A stretch of 64,000 nucleotides of DNA from Paecilomyces variotii (lineage: Eukaryota): assembly GCA_004022145.1 (NCBI GenBank), contig RCNU01000005.1, one strand, 5' to 3'. Under the pieces are notes generated by a model. That model ran no database searches. It saw only the letters and a program-made list of their open reading frames with translations, and was not told where the DNA came from. Below are positions 52,084 to 64,000 of the stretch, piece after piece. Made by a program: the position numbers and the translations under genes. The number at the start of each line of letters is the position of its first letter. The stretch's first letter is position 1.

Positions 52084-55000
52084 GGAATATCTCTGGCTGA
52101 GAGCTAAAGGGTTGCTATATGCTGGGATTTGACCCATTGTTGACTTTTTGACTTAGCAGAGGTGCATCTATTTCACAACCTATATCCGTGAGCGTTGCGC
52201 CTCATTTTTGTCGAATTCTTTGGTCTCCGCCTGTCTGCTTGCTTAGTTCGATATGAAATAGAGTACACTTATTCCTCAGGACAACCCTGTGGCCGGGCCT
52301 GTTCTGGTCTGGTGGCGATGATCCGCATCCATGGTATAGATACCATGTAACCGGGAACTACGATCTCCAAAGTGGCAGCTAATGGAAACCCCGAACGAGC
52401 AAATGAGAGGAAGTAAAATATGCTAGATAACCACTGAGTAAACCTGCTGGTTTGCGTGTCATCTCTGCCCCTGATAACCGTTATAGTGATTGTGCATCAG
52501 CTATTGCTTCTGATCCACAAACAAGTCGGAAAATGCTGTTGGACCGTCCCAAGATGACGCCTAGGAACCGACGGCGCGCAGAAGCTTTCGACATCATTTG
52601 CATGGAGACACCGATTGTCCCGACGCGACGGCTGAGCCTTGTATGGCACGGGGTACTCCGTACCTGGGGATAACTAGCAGGGGCTACTGCATTCCCAAAA
52701 TTGGGCCCATTCTACGGGATGAGTCTAGACCCCTCGCACCAACAAATGGCCTGCACTTCGGGGTTTGAATCACTCCCCAGGTGTGACTGCCTATCAAAGC
52801 AGCATTTGATTTGGTTATGATGAGGTTTGTGTCTTATTGTCTCGCCATTCGTTTCAGTCGCGGTGAGTTTGCTACGGAGTAATAGGACTATGACGCCAAG
52901 CGGCAGGTTCTACATCGCCAATAGACCGTTCAGTGAGCTGGATAGTCGAATAAATCTCTATACAGGTGTTGGGATTGGGTAACGCTTGAAGAGCTGCCAA
53001 ATTCGTGCAGCTATAATCAAAAGAAAGGTGGCCATCATGGACGCAATCGACTGATTGACTGCTGGTCTAGTCTCCCACCGCAATAGGAATATCTAGCTAG
53101 CAATTACTCAGCTTATTGGAACGCCGACCAGCCTAGTAAGATAAAACTACATCCAGTAGTCGACTATGCCCATTTACCCCGGACGATGTACAAGAACATA
53201 CCTAACAATAATTATTACTTCAGGTTCGCAGACTACTACTGTACAGTAGCTTAGCGGGCCCGGTCACCGGGATCTGTCTCTGACTAGCTAGCACGGACCA
53301 AAATACTACTTGTAATTGTACTCCGTAATCTGTGTTAGGAAGATAATAACTAGCTGGGGCCCCTCCATATCCCAGGATATTGCGGACCCGCGCGTAGCGC
53401 TTTAGCGGATAATCTTGAATTCGTTTTGAACCAACCATAAACTTAGCCACACAGAGAGGGCTATGATCTGTACAGGGAGCGAATGTGCAAGTATGGTATG
53501 TTCGTGAGACTACCCGTGTGTAAGTATAGCTCGATTTCACGATCTACAGTCTCTACAGTCTATATATTTCGAAGCTGACACGCTATAGTTGAAGCTTCAA
53601 GAGCTCAGTCAGCGGCCGCTGCTTCGCATACCATATTTCAACCCCACGGATGCATGGCACTCAATAATGTTGATTAAGTCACATTTACGTCTAGTCTAGT
53701 TAAGTGTCGGGATTTAATGAGGACCGATTTTAGAGCCGAGAAGTGGAGAGAGAGAGCACGGGCTACCTAGGTAGTTAGCATTGTCAAGATGAAGCTTAGC
53801 GTCTGTGACCCTTCTCTTCTGGTTCTTGAGTAATTGACCAGGGGGTCTTCTGTTGGTTTCTGACAAAAAAGGAAAGTTTTGGATTCTGCTCGCTGTTTCC
53901 CAGTCACTTGACGTTACAACCTTGAAAATTGGCAGAGAGACCGACAGAACGAGCCCAGCAAAAACCGCGTAAGCATCTTCTTCCTGGCCTTTGCAATAAA
54001 ATGAGCAGCGTTGCAAAGATAGTAACTAGTTAGTAGTTGCCGCTAAGTAAGGATAGATATACATAGTTCCCAACGGCGCGCAATGCGCGGAAATTGGTCC
54101 GGTCCCCGGCGTCGGGCCCCCATCACGAGGGGATAGGATAACTAGGTATCTAGTTGAACCATCCCAGCGCTAACTAAATCGACTCCTTCCCTTCCCACCT
54201 AGATTATCTCCCAGGAATAAGTTACCATACCCAGACACACACTACTTTTTTGGGGGGAGGGGGACTCGGGCATTTCGATATGCTCCATCGCGCTTTGGGC
54301 GGGAGAGCCCAGATGGGGGGTTTGTTTGTTTGTTTGCCGGGTATTCTACTTAACCGGGTTTTGTTTGACTGGATACTTATTGTATGTGCAGCATTGGCTT
54401 TATTGACTGAGATGCAGAAAGCGTTTGAACTGCAGGAAGCGACGTGATGTCTCTAGCTCTAAGTAGGTAGATGTCACATCCAACCCAACGCTGAAAGGGC
54501 ACATGACAAGATACTATGGTCCTATCACCGGCCCCATCCGAGTATGTAGCGTAGCGTAGATAAGAAAATTGACAACCTCGCAAGTAATCGTAGACCACCA
54601 TCGTCAGGCATCATAGGAATGAATGAATGAATGATTGCTCGGACACGTGCAGATTATACCCCCTACTTACCTTCCAACCATGAGAAGGGCTTGTCAAATC
54701 CCGAAGGTAGGTAACTAGCAGCGACAGATCTCGTTATTCCTCGAATAGCCTATTTCGTATATGTATAATAGTCGATGTTATAGTCTGCAAACAACCGTTG
54801 ATTAATCATACCACGGGATTCGATATGATGCTGCGAGTCATAACGGCGATGCTTCCATATTTTGTTTGTTTCGATGAGCTAGCTGGCTATCGAGATAAGA
54901 TCAGTTAGTGAGTGAGTGAGTGAGTGAGTACTCTTTTCGAAACCTGGGTTATCACATGCAAAGGTATGGCTGAAGATAAATTCTTGTCATACATACATAT

Positions 55001-56078
55001 ATAACGACATGCAGCATATCATATCTAGAGGAGGGGGGGGGCAGGAATTCGATGAAGCTCGTCTTCTACATACGACTAACTAGGCACTGCTTTATCTTCA
55101 TACGAAATGAATCATAAACAAAATTGGTTAATTATCATGATTATATGTAGTTAACTACATGTAAGAAAAGCGTGTAAAAAAAAAAAACGCCTTCCACTTA
55201 TAATCCTGCCACTGACGATGCTGCAGATAAAATGCGACACACATTAGAAGGATAAGTTTATAGCATATTTCTGCGGCGAGGAAACCGCCAAAACTTCCTC
55301 CAATGATAATTGCACGACTTGTTATCCCCAAGACTAGGATGTGGGAATGTTTCCTCAACCCTTCGATATCTTCGATTATTTCGATTAAATCTACACAGCT
55401 CTATTCAAGAACAGAACTTTGTCCGTGTCTTCTGCAAACAAGAGGAAATTTCCTCGATATTCAACTAGAAGAGAGTAGTGAACAAGCTTTGAAATCAGAT
55501 TCGTGATCACTATCTCTGATAATGAGATATTACTATATTGTAAGGGAGAAGCTGTGAATAGGAGTTATATAACTATATACTGTGCTCACCAACGCTACAA
55601 ATACTCTACGATAATAATAATAACAAGAGCCGCCCTGCATTTACATTAGCCTTCAGCTTAAGTGATGTTGAACAGATCCTAGTTGGTTTATAATTCCTTC
55701 GTAACAACTCCAGTTTCCCAGCAATCAAGTGTCGAAATTACCTCGCACGCATGGGTTGTGTTACGGAGTTATGCTTTGTTATATTTTTACAACTGTGGAT
55801 AGGTGTTGGGAATGGAGGTAGTCGAGCGATTGGCAGGAAGGAAATCTCTTCATAATCATGAATAATGTATCTAGAAACTGAGGTATGAAATTCTAATTTG
55901 ATATTGATAATTATACAATCAATCTTGCTGTCCGGATGATACATGTTGGTTTTTTTGAGATTGGACATCTTTGGACTGAACAGTTACTTGCAAAGTCCGT
56001 GTCAAGTTCGAGGCTGATGTACATACATACTTTTCTTGTTGCTGATGTGCTCGTGATGCCGCCTATCACGATAAATAT

Positions 56079-56113
56079 CGCTACCGCTTCCGCTACCGCT
56101 ACCGCTACCGCTA
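56079..56113. repeat. (CGCTAC)n hexanucleotide repeat
   Basis: About 5-6 tandem units with one variant; source of the ATATAT/GSGSGS ORF artefacts. Confidence 0.85.
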
Positions 56114-56550
56114 TCGAAGATGAAAGAGACAAGGGCAAGATTAGACAGATTCCAAAGCATTGCTCCTATGTAATGTAAGAATGGTATGCCACAAAAGAAC
56201 GTGCGAATGCCTCGTGAAGAATTCCGATGGGGGGAGAAAGAGAAAACTGACATCTATCCCTGACCAGGGACGGTCTATACAAAACCGTGGACGCCCACCA
56301 TCCTCTGGACGACCTGTGTCCGAACACACCCCATGAATGTAAGAATGCTATTGAGAAACGAGTGTAAACAAAGCCTTGGAAACAAAGGAACATGATTGTA
56401 CTCGATGCTGCATGCGCCTGGTCGCCCAACTTCATCCCACAGCCTACCCCGTAGGTACAATGAAAAATGATTCCTCGCAACAAAAGAAGGACACATATAC
56501 TGTAGATGTAGTAGCAACAACAACTAGCTTAAAAAGGATGTGCTACCTAT

Positions 56551-59080
56551 TCAGCTTGCCGTTTGAGTATTCCCATTAGCGCCCGTAATCTCCACCGAAT
56601 TCGCTTCCAGTTCCTTAGACGCGAGATTGTCGCCATTTGCATGCGGCAAGGATGTGGTAGACCCGACGCTGTCGTGTACAGGCTGGATCTTGTCGGAGTC
56701 TGACATTGTCTTCTCGTGCGATCCCGACTCTTCAGGGACATGCGAGGTGGAGCTCTCTGCCTGCAGCCCCGAAACAGTATTCTCGACGTGTTCTGCACTT
56801 CCGTCATGCTTATCCTCGTCGCCAATAACAGCAGCCAGGCTGCGGAAATTGAACATAGGCTCAAGAGACGTATTGCTGCCGGCAGGACCATTGGATCCGA
56901 TATGTTCTCCTGAGGTGGACTCGACAAGGGACGAACATGAAGACGACGCACTCGACACATGCCGCAGGTGAGAACGCTTCGACGGCTCCGTAGGCGAAGG
57001 TTGGGCGGCGGACGAGGAGGACAGGTCAGGATCCGGTTTGGAAATCGAGAGCTGAGGGGCAGATGTAACTGAGCCTGAATGCATGGAGTCAGAATCTGCA
57101 GATGCGGCCTCCGCAACGGCGGGCGACACGCGGTCGACGCCTTTCCCTTTGCCTGCAGATAACGTCTCGTCTCCGGTTATGACGGAAGAAGAGCTGCTGT
57201 CAGCTCTCCCCATAGAACTACCAGGCCGTGCATTCAGCGCGACGTTGCTACCGCTGTTGCTGTCACCACCACTCTTCCGCAGAGATTTCTCGGTTTTCTT
57301 AGCTTCCTTTTCTCTCCTCTTCGCCTCCTTCTTGGCCTCCTTTTCTGCCTTCTTGCGTCTCTCCTCCTCGCTGGCCAAGCTCATCCGGATCGCTTCCATC
57401 ATCATCATTTCCTCGAGGTCATCAATGCGGCTCCGCCTGGAACTCTCGCGCGGTGGTGCCAACATACTGGGCGCTTCTTCGACAGAATCGCTGTCTTGTC
57501 TAGTTGAGCGCTGTCGCTCCGTCAGGAACGCGAGAGCATTCAAGGCGGGCGAACCCGTGCGAGTACTCGTGGCTCCATCTTCAGTTCTCCTCAAGCCTCT
57601 TCTACCAAGCAAATTCCTCGACTCGGCACCATTCGACGGGGGGTTCATCAAATATGCGGCGGTATGCAACGCTGTTGCAGCCGCAGACCGTCTTGCAGCA
57701 TGCGCTCTCGCATTGGCCAGCTTCTGAGCCCAATCAGGGCGAATCTTATCCGTCGTTACAACGGCGGGGTCGTTTGCAGACAAAGACGTCGCACGACGGC
57801 GTCCCGTCTGCTGGTTGGCACTCTCGGGTGCAAGAGACGATGACGACGAGACTGGAGACACTGGATAGGCGGATTGCCGGGCATTTGGATTCCCCGCATA
57901 CACAAGTCCTCTGCGGAAAGGAGGTGGCGTATATGTAACACCAAACTCTGGCTGGACACAAAATGGACACGCTGAAGGCTCCGAAACCAGCCGGATGTCC
58001 GCTGGCGTGTCATCTGAGCTTGGAGGTGCATCAGGATCGGCCTCGCCATGCTCTGGAGGGTGGGGGTCGGGACGTTTGATCTGCACGAAACATTCTGAGC
58101 AGATGGGCTGGTGGCAGCATCTGGTGGTGTTCAGATATGGTGGATAGTAGAGAAAACAGATAGGGCATTCGGTAGCATCTTTATAAAGATAGGCTTCGAT
58201 GGGTTGCCCATTCACGAATGGATCGTGCGGAAGCATGATCTCTCGCGGAGTCATGTCATTTTGCGCGTTATTCTTCGTCAGTGCGGCCAGCGTCTTCGCT
58301 CTGCTTCTAAACAAGGGCGAACTTGTCGAGCCCGTAGCAGAGGCGATCGGGGACGTTGGAGAGGGCAAGGACTGTGCTGGAATGCCTCCCTGTGAGCCGT
58401 CGGAATTGTAAGATGGTGTCCGCGACGCGATAGGAACTGTCAAGCTGTTGATATTCCTGTCTGATGAATCCGTCCCATCGGGAGCTTTCTGGGGAAGCTT
58501 GTACTGTAATTCTGGAGGAATCTCGTCAGGTGGCGGAATAGGCATGCCTCGCGCGGCAGCCATAAGCTGATGCTCGGTCCACGAGTCTGAGAAATCATTC
58601 AGACCCCGCCAGAAGGGTGCCAATCGACGCTCAATCTACACAAGCATTTAGCATTCATATCATCCTCGAGATCACGCGAAACGGCGCACGACATACCATC
58701 AGCTGTCGAACCACAGCCTTGTTGAAATCTTCCGTGCCCACGTATACTCCCTGGGTCACTAGATATCCCCCATCAACATGCTCCTCCCGCATACTGCGCT
58801 CTCGTTCCCTGAGCCGGGCTACACGTTCTCGCTCCAGACGACGAGCCTCCCTCTCCTGCTTGGTTTCTCGACGATGCTCGAGCATGGCGACATCTCTATC
58901 CGAGCTTCCGCCAATTCCGAGGAAGGACAGATCCGGTCTGCTTGACCGCGCAGCCCGTGAACTGTCTCCCGAATACGGTGATCGGCCGTGCCCCGAGGAA
59001 GAATCATGACTGCGGTGACGGGTGCGATGGTGGTTCTGGGAATGAGGCGATCGTGCCTCCTTGGTTTGGGCGTTACCCAT
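56551..59080 (-). CDS. SIP5: Sip5-like Snf1/Reg1-interacting protein with RING-like Cys motifs
   Basis: Myristoylation-type start [86 protein letters not shown]-like [24 protein letters not shown]; one intron at about 58695-58636. Confidence 0.9.
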
Positions 59081-60121
59081 CGTTATCCGGGTCGGACGTG
59101 ATGGAGCGCGCAAGCTTCTCCCGGACGGATCGACGGGATGAAGGACGGTATATACAGAAACACCAAATCAACCGAACGACGAGACGACGATGAGGTCCTC
59201 CTCCCGCTATCGACTGGCGGTCTGGAGGGTGGTGGCGAGTGACTCAGTTGGCGCGACGAGGGGTAATAGGAAGATCCTCTGCAGAAGTCGATAAGGAGCC
59301 CAATGTGGCCATGTGAGCGACCGGGGTCGGCTCCTCGCGAGCGGCGATGAGATCAGATGCCAAGGCAGACGAATGGAAGGTCCGGAACCCAACCGGTCGG
59401 GGATAGAGGATGGCTGGATGGAATCGATGGAGAGATGGACGATAGATAGTCAATGACAGAACGGTTGCAAGCAGGTCGAGCAGGTCGAGTGTGGTTAGTC
59501 TGGGAGAGGAGAGATGTCGACAGTGAAAGAAAGGAAGTAGTGAGAAAGATGGAGACGGGGGATCGCCGGGGCGGAGGATGGGATGCGAATCATGCGATAA
59601 TAATGGTTCGTTCGTTCGTTAGTTAAGTTAGCATTGATTAAACCGGCTAGGGAGATGATGGGCCCAGGCGTGTATCACTTCCGCTTGGCTTGCCAGTTCC
59701 GGGGAGAAGAAGAAGTAGTAATATGGGAAGTGGAGGCTGAGCACAAGAATGAGTTACGAGCTAGTGATTATTATATTCCTATATGAGATAGGTTTATAGG
59801 ATACAGTTACTCCCGATTTACTAATAAAATAATAAGAGACAGAACAAACTACCATAATTAATTCTTATTAACTAACTTCACGATCATAATAATAATAGCA
59901 TCATCTTAACTTAAGGTCTTTTCGCCATGTGGCTGAGGAAGCCACTAGCCTCACGCGCCACAGTAGTTCTCCAGTAGAACCAGCGGAAAATCTGAGCACC
60001 GACTCATTTAGTACAGTGATTTTGTCGACGAATACACCCTTTTTTAATTTTTCTGTTGTTGTTGTCTCGAACAATTGAGCATTTCAAACTGCCACATCTA
60101 TATTGTAGGGACCATGCTGCG

Positions 60122-61762
60122 ATGACAGAGACTACCAAGCGCCTGCACATCACTCCTCTCACCCCGGAGCTGCTCGACTCTGTTCTCGCGCCCTCGGTGC
60201 GTCCCTCCGCAACAGACGTCTCGTTCCACTCGATCCAGACCTTTCCTGAGAACAGCTACGGCTACGTGACCCTTCCCACAATGGAGGCAGACAAACTGAA
60301 GAAGAAGCTGCACGGCTCCATCCTCAAGGGCAAAAAATTCAAGGTCGAGGAGGCTCGTCCGAAGAAACGATCCCGCGAGGAGGAAAAGGACGAAGAGGCG
60401 GCGGGAAAACAACCAACGCCCGAAAAGAAAAAATCGAAGAAGCGGAAGTCAGAAAACGGGGTTCTGGAGGGCTATGAACTACCATCAGATCGCCACGTGA
60501 AGAGAGGCTGGACGGAGCCTGCCAGTGCCAAGAAAGAGAAGCGCCAGAAGGGCGACAAGAAGAGACAGAAGGATGACAAGAAGCCCAAGACGCAGGCCAA
60601 ATCCAAGTATACGGAAAATGCAGAGTGTCTCTTCCGGACCAAGACTCCCGCCAATCGAACCTCCGTGGAGCCACCTGAGCAGAAGAAAGAGAAAAAGTCC
60701 AAGAAGACGAAGGCTCCCAACGAAGTCACCGTTCACGAGTTCTCGAAGACTGTGACGCACCCGTCATTCCTACGAGCTGAGGCTGGATCAAACAGCGTGT
60801 CAACGGAGTTTGTAGAAGGCAAGGGCTGGGTCGATAGCGAAGGAAATGTGAAAGAGCCGGCCAGTGAGAAGATCACAAAGAGCAGCAAAAAGCCAGGGCA
60901 GAAGGAGGGTGTCAAGGCCACCGTTAAGTCGAAGAAGGAGTCATCAGAAGTGTCCACAGAAACATCTAAGAAGATCAAGAAAGCAACAAAGGCGGAAGAG
61001 TCAAGTGAGGAGTCGGACACGGATTGGACGTCATCCAGTGGCTCCTCGGATGAAGAATCATCAGATTCAGAGAGCGAAGATGTCTCTGCTGACACCTCCG
61101 CTGAAGAGGCTTCCGATGGCGAAAATGAAAAATCCGATGCATCGTCAGAAGCTGAAGACAAACCCGCTTCTGGCAATAAGGACAACTCTTCTGTTGCAGA
61201 TTCCGATGAGAATAAAGGTGACGATTCGAAAGAGAAACCCCCCGCGGAGGAAAAGACTGAAGTCCACCCGTTGGAGGCCCTCTTCAAACGACCTGCCCCG
61301 AAGGAGGCAGAGAAGGACAAGGCCCCGGAAGAAAATACACAATTTACCTTCTTTGGCGGAGAGGATATGGAGGACGAAGATGGTGATATTGAGATGGCGA
61401 CTGTCGAACCGCAGACTCCATTTACGAAGAGGGATCTCCAGGAACGTGGTCTACGAAGCGCCGCACCTACTCCCGATACTGCTCTGCCTAACCGAACCAC
61501 ATTCATAACGCATGACGACGACGAGGAGGAGGAGGAGGAGGAGGATGAAGAGGGAGATGATGAAGAATACTACGAAAAGTCATCCACGAAAGATGCCGAT
61601 AGGACAAATGATTCAGGTCCGAAGGACGAGAGTGACTTTGCCAAGTGGTTCTGGGAGCATCGGGGTGAGAACAATCGCGCGTGGAAAAAAAGGAGACGGG
61701 ACGCTGCCAAGGAGAAGAGGCAGAGAGAGAATCGGAAGAAGGGACTCAAGGGGCGGTCGTGA
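60122..61762 (+). CDS. Lys/Glu/Ser-rich putative nucleolar protein with N-terminal RRM-like segment (Srp40/Nop8-like)
   Basis: Intronless; MTETTKRLHITP..YGYVTLP..LHGSILKGKKFKVEEARP, basic and acidic/Ser tracts, RGLRSAAPTPDT, FAKWFWEHRGENNRAWKKRRR. Confidence 0.8.
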   Translation: MTETTKRLHITPLTPELLDSVLAPSVRPSATDVSFHSIQTFPENSYGYVTLPTMEADKLKKKLHGSILKGKKFKVEEARPKKRSREEEKDEEAAGKQPTPEKKKSKKRKSENGVLEGYELPSDRHVKRGWTEPASAKKEKRQKGDKKRQKDDKKPKTQAKSKYTENAECLFRTKTPANRTSVEPPEQKKEKKSKKTKAPNEVTVHEFSKTVTHPSFLRAEAGSNSVSTEFVEGKGWVDSEGNVKEPASEKITKSSKKPGQKEGVKATVKSKKESSEVSTETSKKIKKATKAEESSEESDTDWTSSSGSSDEESSDSESEDVSADTSAEEASDGENEKSDASSEAEDKPASGNKDNSSVADSDENKGDDSKEKPPAEEKTEVHPLEALFKRPAPKEAEKDKAPEENTQFTFFGGEDMEDEDGDIEMATVEPQTPFTKRDLQERGLRSAAPTPDTALPNRTTFITHDDDEEEEEEEDEEGDDEEYYEKSSTKDADRTNDSGPKDESDFAKWFWEHRGENNRAWKKRRRDAAKEKRQRENRKKGLKGRS

Positions 61763-62814
61763 TGCTATAGCAGAATGTCTTCTTATAGACGGCGATAACT
61801 ATATATACCATAGAAATTAATGAATGCCCCTTTTTATAAGATTTGAACCAAAATTCCCAGCGGATTTTTACCCGGAAGGGGATCAAAGAACCCAATGGAG
61901 GGAGGATATTGAAGACGAAATATACGGCCACACAGGCGTCCGTGATAATATGAAGCGGGATCAGCTCGTGAAGGCAACCAGTGGCACGCCTCGCGCTTTT
62001 CTGGATCTCGTGTATGGATAGGAAGCAATGAATTGTGCGGTCAAGCTCTATTGGCGGCAGAGAGAGAAAAACCTGGTTTTGAATATTCATACGCTTTTTG
62101 CCTGTCACATCAGTGTATACCTGGTTAAAATGCAGCTAACTGGTTTAACTAGCCATCGAATCGTAATCTCATTATATTCCCCAAATTAGTTGACCCATCT
62201 GCTTCTACAGTTATTTGCTCCATGCCTCGCAAAATCTGCTATATATAATCACCTGCGCCGCTGAGTTTCAAGATATGTGCGATAGCACGATGGCCAGCGA
62301 AAAGTCGGGGAGAAGGGGGATCAATGATACTGTTTGGACTGAGCATTAGTGTGCGAGTAACAGGAAAGAATGGATGAGGTAGTGTTTGTTTTAATCACCT
62401 AATGCTACGAAAAAAGGTAATAAAGAAGCAACGTGACATCAATAAGCGATTGACTAATAAGAAATACTTAGTTAACTAACTAGTCAGCTAATGATTTAAC
62501 AGGAAGTTGACCACTGGTTGGCCACGTGAGGTCACGCAAATACAGCAAGGTGGATATACCACGTGGAGTTTCGGAGGGAGAGAGATTGTATTGTAGCCAT
62601 ATAGAAGCTGTTTGGTTTACGGGAAAACACCCGCAAGACCAGTATCATTCGCCAGCGCGAGAACTGTTTCACACTGGTTGACGGAGTGACTGATGCCAAA
62701 GGGGCCTGCAACGAATGCAGGGAATGAAGCGGATCCGCTGATCGAGGCAAAGAGGACTGGGCACTCCAAGAACTTTATCACCCGGATCTGCTATCTAAGA
62801 GCTTCGACGAGCTT

Positions 62815-64000
62815 TTAGATGTCTCTTATATGTTCGGCGGCAGGTCCCCGCAAGGTCGGTGTGGGCTGGGGGTCACTTTCGTGATTCGTAAAAATCCTTT
62901 TCCTTGGACGCGACAAATTCAACGAATCTTGTTTTCGCTTGTTGGATGGTGATAGCTTAGCTTTGTGAAAATCAATGAGCTGTACGCGACCCAGCTCTGT
63001 ATTCCAGAGTATATTGGATTCGTGTAGATCTCCATGTATCACGCCCAAGCGTCGAATATCTTTTTTTGTTCGCTGATACTCGTTCCGCCGTTCCTCTTCA
63101 CAGAAGCGTGGATTAAACGGATATCCACCCCATGAAAGGATTAAGAAATGAGTAATCCTAACACCTCCGTAAAAATAGATCCAGTCGATATCGATTGTGC
63201 CGAGGAAAACGGGGACAGCCGAGCCTTGCACTGAATGGAGGATTTGATACACGTTTTCTTCTTGTCGTACGACAGGCCACCGGCGGTCGGTGGTCCCCTT
63301 TCCAACTATTGTATATCCGAACGGCATCAAGCTGATCTTGAAAGGGAACCCGCTGATCCCTGATTCCCCAAAAGGGGCACAGTAGTGGTCCAAATCATTA
63401 TCTAGCTGGCACTTGAGTAGGCGCAAGAAGTCAGAGACATGAATCTGGTGGCGTTTGCTATTAGCCTTTCGGTGACGATCGACATTTGGACAATTTTCAT
63501 CCAGCCAGTCACCAGTTTTCAATGACAGCAGGCAGCGTTGAGTACAGAAATCCAAAGATTCTTGCATCGAATCATCCGTCCTCTTAAACTGCCAGCCCGA
63601 TCGATGTTGACGTTGCGGGGGTGAAGAAGAGAAGGTCAAGGCACGTTTTCTTGCTGTGGAGTCGGGATTCCGCGAAATATCTTCCGAATCAGAGTCGTCA
63701 GGAGGGCAGTCTCCCTTCTCCACCGGTCGGCAACTGGTACGCTTGCGACGCTTTCTACTCGAGGTAGCTAACGGAGACGAGGGCAGATATTCAGATCCCG
63801 CGGGACTGGAATGTACTTCCTCATCTGAGAGTTGACTAAGGATGTACTCAAAATCGACCTCCCACACGTGGAGTTGTGGAATGACTTGGTTCCGCCAGTG
63901 TTGGTTTCGCATTGGCGACTGAATGCTCATGAGACACATGGTAAAAAGTCGCCCTACTGCGGTGACCGGTGTATACATCCATTCGTCGTCGCCTTGGTCT
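62815..64000 (-). CDS. Protein kinase-like-fold protein with Cys/His motif; 5' end lies beyond the window
   Basis: Frame stays open from the window edge (..DQGDDEWMYTPVTAVGR). FCTQRCLL..LDENCPNVDRH motif, GYTIVGKG, E-x2-VY-x2-L-x3-QG-x2-VP-x2-LG, catalytic-loop-like GVIHGDLHESNILWN and LIDF. Confidence 0.8.
   Translation of the reverse strand, partial: DQGDDEWMYTPVTAVGRLFTMCLMSIQSPMRNQHWRNQVIPQLHVWEVDFEYILSQLSDEEVHSSPAGSEYLPSSPLATSSRKRRKRTSCRPVEKGDCPPDDSDSEDISRNPDSTARKRALTFSSSPPQRQHRSGWQFKRTDDSMQESLDFCTQRCLLSLKTGDWLDENCPNVDRHRKANSKRHQIHVSDFLRLLKCQLDNDLDHYCAPFGESGISGFPFKISLMPFGYTIVGKGTTDRRWPVVRQEENVYQILHSVQGSAVPVFLGTIDIDWIYFYGGVRITHFLILSWGGYPFNPRFCEEERRNEYQRTKKDIRRLGVIHGDLHESNILWNTELGRVQLIDFHKAKLSPSNKRKQDSLNLSRPRKRIFTNHESDPQPTPTLRGPAAEHIRDI

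Noticed and set aside
1..64000. CRISPR array, rRNA, intact transposon, Starship captain or biosynthetic gene cluster
   Set aside because: No spaced repeats, rRNA motifs, transposase/RT/tyrosine-recombinase ORF or PKS/NRPS/terpene synthase seen.

Overview
This is eukaryotic, intron-containing DNA from a filamentous ascomycete (Eurotiales-like gene content and GT..CTRAC..YAG introns); the species cannot be fixed from the sequence. About 17 protein-coding genes and one gene remnant are visible. The core is a housekeeping block: Ndt80/PhoG-family TF, a 68-aa membrane micro-protein, long-chain acyl-CoA synthetase, Rkm5-like methyltransferase, a zinc-finger-like protein, mitochondrial Hsp70, a WD40/DUF2415 protein, Ski2, importin-7/Nmd5, a 73-aa hydrophilic protein, Vip1-like RRM protein and a small coiled-coil protein. 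From memory (not checked) this order matches Aspergillus nidulans AN6015-AN6003. A variable-looking segment follows at about 45-56 kb: a decayed HNH-nuclease gene, a secreted S28 peptidase and a Zn2Cys6 TF. Then come Sip5, a nucleolar Srp40/Nop8-like protein, and a Cys-motif/kinase-like ORF that runs off the right edge. I found no rRNA, tRNA, CRISPR array, intact transposase or Starship captain, and I cannot claim a new system. The best leads are a hairpin-rich gene-free interval (9-12.6 kb), the HNH remnant with flanking repeats, the accessory-type kinase at the right edge, and several regulatory motifs. Exon boundaries were read by eye.
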